This document shows, piece by piece, positions 24,456-64,000 of a stretch of 64,000 bases of DNA. The notes beneath the pieces were generated by a model, which worked only from the letters and a program-made list of their open reading frames with translations, was not told the origin of the DNA and searched no databases. Position numbers and translations under genes: made by a program. Source of the stretch: Chrysomallon squamiferum (lineage: Eukaryota; Animalia; Mollusca); NCBI GenBank assembly GCA_012295275.1, contig CM022676.1:10912001-10976000 (forward strand), given 5' to 3'. How positions within the stretch are numbered: position 1 is the first letter of the stretch; each line of letters starts with the position of its first letter.

Positions 24456-25206
24456 TGAATGAATCCTGTTTGATCCCTTGTTTATAACACACACAAAATG
24501 CTTTGTGTAAAAATGATACACATACATTTAAAAAAACTGACAGAAAATACATAAATTATGTTAATGAGGTGTGTATTAAATATATTAATTATATTTTATT
24601 TTATATAAAGTTTGTTAATAATGTGATAAATTTTCTTTTACTTAAAGAAACAAAATATTCACCCCCCCCACTACAGAAACAAAAAATCAAATCACATCCT
24701 AAAATAATGTTTATCACAACCACAGATACCATATCACTAGAGGCCATTTTTAATTTTAGACATTAAACTAGGTAAGAAATATATATTTGTAAAAAGAAGA
24801 AGAAAAGTATAAATATATTGTTTTATTTGTTACTTTTAAAATAAATTCATAATTTGCTTTGCACTGTCTACATAAAATAAATGTATTTTGTATTTCACAA
24901 TAGTTTAATTTTGTTAAAACATTGTTATATATTTGAATTGTTAATATTGTTACTGGTAGTTATTAATGTCATTATTATCATTTTTGTTATTGTCATTGTT
25001 CTCAATCACATTATATATTTTGATTTGTGGAATACATTTACATATATTTTATATTTGTTTGGTTATTTGATTTTCTTACATGAATATTCGCACAATTCAC
25101 GACAGTTTTTCACACAAAACAATATTCTGAAGTAGTATATATTTCCATTTTCTTCTCATTTGTCATGATAAACAATGAAATGAGTGAACAGTGTTTTAGA
25201 AATTTG

Positions 25207-59777
<34,571 letters not shown>

Positions 59778-59781
59778 CTAC

Positions 59782-60534
59782 AGTAAATAAACATACAAGT
59801 AAATAAATACACAAATAAATAAACATACAAGTAAATAAATACACAAATAAATAAACATACAAGTAAGTAAGTAAATAAATACACAAATAAATAAACATAC
59901 AAGTTAGTAAATAAATAAATACACAAATAAATATACAATTTAGTAAATAAATACACAAATAAATAGACATACAAGTTAGTAAGTAAATTAAATACACAAA
60001 TAAATAAACATACAAGTAAGTAAGTAAATAAATACACAAATAAATAAACATACAAGTTAGTAAATAAATAAATACACAAATAAATATACAATTTAGTAAA
60101 TAAATACACAAATAAATAGACATACAAGTAAATAAATACACAAATAAATAAACATACAAGTAAATAAATACACAGATAAATAAACATACAAGTAAATAAA
60201 TACACAAATAAATAAACATACAAGTAAATAAATACACAGATAAATAAACATACAAGTAAATAAATACACAAATGAACACACAAATAAATAAATAAAAATA
60301 AATAAATATACAAGTTAGTAAGTAAATAAATACACAAATAAATAAACATACAAGTTAGTAAATAAATGAATACACAAATAAATATAAAATTTAGTAAATA
60401 AATACACAAATAAATAAATATACAAGTTAGTAAGTAAATTAAATACACAAATAAATAAACATACAAGTTAGTAAGTAAATAAATACACAAATAAATAAAC
60501 ATACAAGTTAGTAAATAAATAAATACACAAATAA
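59782..60534. repeat. 28-36-bp AT-rich minisatellite abutting the acceptor of the large PHLDB exon
   Basis: Unit agtaaataaatacacaaataaataaacataca. Confidence 0.95.
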
Positions 60535-61159
60535 AGACAGAAATAAAAAATAAAAATAAGTATGTAATTTATGATTATGTACAAAATAAACTTTACCATT
60601 TTTCACTGTATACTATGAGAACTACTACAACAATGAGAACTACCTACTTACTAATAAAGTAACAACAACTACTGCAGTTTTACTGCTATGATTACAGCTC
60701 TCCTGCTACCATCACCACCATTTCCACAACCTGCTACCACTGGAACTACCTCTTTCACTACCATTACTACTACTACAACATCCACCAATAACAAAAACTC
60801 CACCACCATTACCATGTGTCCTACTGCTCACCTGACAAATTACTCTCCTACTTGCTAAACATAATGAGTGCAGATATAAATAACAGAGGTAGAAAAACTT
60901 TGTATTTATTAACTGTTCTATTAGCAGCAGAGATAAAACTTTAATTAACACAAACTCTAGAAATGAAAAACAAACACAGAAGTCACATCTGCAGATTTTA
61001 ACTGTCAAGCTGGTTATCAAGATAACTGAAATTATTCATGGAAACCAAGGAACTAATTTTCAGTATCATATTTGACTGTTGCTGTTGTAGTTGATGTTGG
61101 TGTAACACAATTATTTTAATATATAATTTATTAATATATTTCTGTTTCAGCATTCCACT

Positions 61160-61650
61160 TCACACACACACACACACCTTACTCACTTACACACGTACAC
61201 ACCTTACTCACACACATACATTTTACTCACTCACACACACACTTTACTCACACACATACACACGTTACTTACTCACACACATACACACCTTACTCACACA
61301 TACACACCTTACTCACACATACATTTTACTCACACATACTTTACTCACTCACACACACATAACCTTTACTCACTCACACACACTTTACTCACTCACACAC
61401 ATATACTTTACTCACTCACACACACATACTTTTACTCACTCACACACACATACACTTTACTCACTTACACACACATACACTTTACTCACACACACACATT
61501 CACTTTACTCACACACACATACACACTTTACTCACACACACATACACTTTACTCACACACACACACTTTACTCACTTACACACATACACACTTTACTCAC
61601 TCACACACACACACTTTACTCACTCACACACACATACACACTTTACTCAG
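61160..61650. repeat. CA-rich degenerate minisatellite
   Basis: cacacacatacactttact-like units. Confidence 0.85.
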
Positions 61651-62154
61651 TAATATGTGAGAATCATCCACTTTTAAATGAGAGATAAAAGCTCAGCACA
61701 CTCTTTGAGCTGAAAACAAACACAACTCCTCTACATACCTGACTGACACTCAGAAAACAGCATCTGCAGGTCAAAGGTGAGGCTGGAAATGTCAGGTCAG
61801 GACACTGCTAAGTGGGTGTTGACTGCTGTTTTGTATGATGCAGATTAGTTCTGCAGACCAGACAAACATTAACCAATGATCAGTGGTTTATCATTTACTG
61901 TGAACCTGTGATTGTCAGGTGATTACATCAGAACACAGAAGTTTCTGAGTGGTTACTAATTTGATACACTGGAGGAGAAACCAGAAAACACAACTCAGTT
62001 TAAGTGATAGCAGGTAAAAACTGCATTTACAGTAATAAGAATTCTGACTGGCTGTATCTAATAATAGAGACTGGTGTGGCAATGAAAATATGAAATGAAA
62101 ATGGGAAAAAACAAATAAATTATAACAAAAAAACGACAAAAAACACACAATAAT

Positions 62155-62208
<54 letters not shown>

Positions 62209-63257
62209 CCATAAATAAATAAATATAATAATAATAAGGAGAATGAAATATAAAATAAAAGCTGATAATGGTTGTTTAAACATGCTGACTGGTACTAAAA
62301 CACAAACTGTGTTTACTTTCAACTGGTAATAAACTGCAAGCCTTTCTGTCTGTCTTATCTCTAATGTCCTTTGAAGAGAACCAGTCTGTTGAAATACCAC
62401 ACAGAGCATATCAACTGATGCAGTAGTAGTAGTAGTACATGTAGCAGTAGTAGCAGTAGTACATGTAGTAGTAGTAGCATAGCAAGAGTAATAATAATAG
62501 TGATACAAACAAAGCAGAAAAACAAATAAATAAATAACAGCAACAGTGATGGTAGAATAGCAATAATAAATTAAAAAGTATGGAGTGCTGACTGTGACAT
62601 GTAGGAATAATTTAAGTGTTTACTAATGAATGAGTACTACTAATCACACATTAAATTACACAGGTGCATTGTGGTATATAACACCAGCATTCAGTATTTA
62701 CACATTATATGAATGAGTACCACACTGCACACAGATGTGACATTCTGCTATCAAATTTCAAAGAACTGTAAACTGTTCTAACATGACACAGACTGTAACA
62801 TTCACATCACTCTAATTTTAACTCTTTTTTTTTTTACATAGCTCATTTTCAGTGTTCATATCACTATATTTGAGGTTTAGTATCTGCTAAACACTGAAAA
62901 AATATAAACAAATATAACAAATATAATAATAAAATATTGCAATTTAGTAGAATATTGATATGTTTATGTTTGTACTGTGTTGTTAGAACACTGTAAAGAC
63001 AGGATAAAACAAATATTATAAATAAATAAACAAATATAATAATAATAATGTTTATAATTTTGCAGTATGTTGATATGTTTGTGCTGTATATTTGTATTTT
63101 AGTAATGTAGTTAGAACATTGTGAAAAATAGGTAAACAAAACAAATATTATAAATACATAAACACAGTTCACAAACTGTATGACCACAACAAACAAACTT
63201 TAACCACCAGCAACTTACACATGCCCTAATGACTTTTACCAAACATGTTAAGATGCT

Positions 63258-63632
63258 GCTAAACTGCAAACATTATTATTGTATTTGTTTATTTATTTAT
63301 AATATTTGTTTTATCTGTTCTACACACTTCACATGACTAAAGTACAAACATTATTGCATTTGTTTATTTATTTATATCATTTGTTTTATCTGTTCTTCAC
63401 ATGACTAAACTACAAACATTATTATTGTATTTGTTTATTTATTTATAATATTTGTTTTATCTGTTCTACACACTTCACATGACTAAAGTACAAACATTAT
63501 TGCATTTGTTTATTTATTTATATTATTTGTTTTATCTGTTCTTCACATGACTAAACTACAAACATTATTGTATTTGTTTATTTATTTATATTATTTGTTT
63601 TATCTGTTCTTCACACTACAAAACTACAAACT
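63258..63632. repeat. ~70-78-bp tandem repeat (5 copies)
   Basis: Unit actaaactacaaacattattgtatttgtttatttatttataatatttgttttatctgttcttcacatg. Confidence 0.9.
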
Positions 63633-64000
63633 GGTATCAACTAACCTGCACACAGTAGTTTGTTCTCTATAAATAGATTCATGTTTCTGCATGTTCCTCA
63701 TACCGTCTCAGTTTTGGGGGAGGATATGACAAGTGGGAGTTACTCAGTAGACAAGGTATGATTAAGAGATACCTGCATGTACCTTGAGGAATGTCATTTC
63801 TCAGTCCCTGCACCCCCCAAAAAATGGTTCATCCAGTCTTATATATTAGATTATGTTACATACCTGTCTTTTTGTAACTGTGAGTAAAATGTGAGTATAC
63901 TGAGTAAACATACTTTTTACAAAAGAAATTGGTTTGGGAAAATAAAGCTGAAGAAGAAAGGTGGACAGAACATTGAAGATTTAATAAAAAAGACATTAAA

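Noticed and set aside
59778-60502. Hydrophobic N-terminal ~165 aa of the 873-aa ORF, which looks like a membrane domain
   Set aside because: It is the intronic AT-rich minisatellite; the real exon starts at the acceptor at 59777.

Overview
AT-rich, intron-rich animal genomic DNA, most likely from a ciliated invertebrate such as a mollusc (inferred). I reconstructed three spliced genes exon by exon with consistent GT-AG sites and phases. (1) TTC12 on the minus strand starts at ATG 11855 and runs off the left edge. (2) A complete IFT57 on the plus strand (12552-20090, 9 coding exons, 410 aa) lies head-to-head with TTC12 across a probable RFX/X-box bidirectional promoter. (3) A PHLDB/LL5-family gene on the minus strand (stop 25207, at least 12 exons up to 59777, 5' end unresolved) lies tail-to-tail with IFT57. 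A decayed pogo/Tigger-like DNA transposon with a nested MITE sits in a TTC12 intron, and dozens of minisatellites fill the introns. The most striking pattern is that many arrays are built from the splice sites themselves, creating runs of decoy donors, acceptors and branch points. Some repeat units have become complete AG-exon-GT cassettes: in-frame 21 nt in TTC12, in-frame 33 nt in PHLDB, and 17 nt in IFT57. PHLDB also shows two candidate regulated microexons and a candidate internal first exon with a CWFC motif that would give a short PH-domain isoform.
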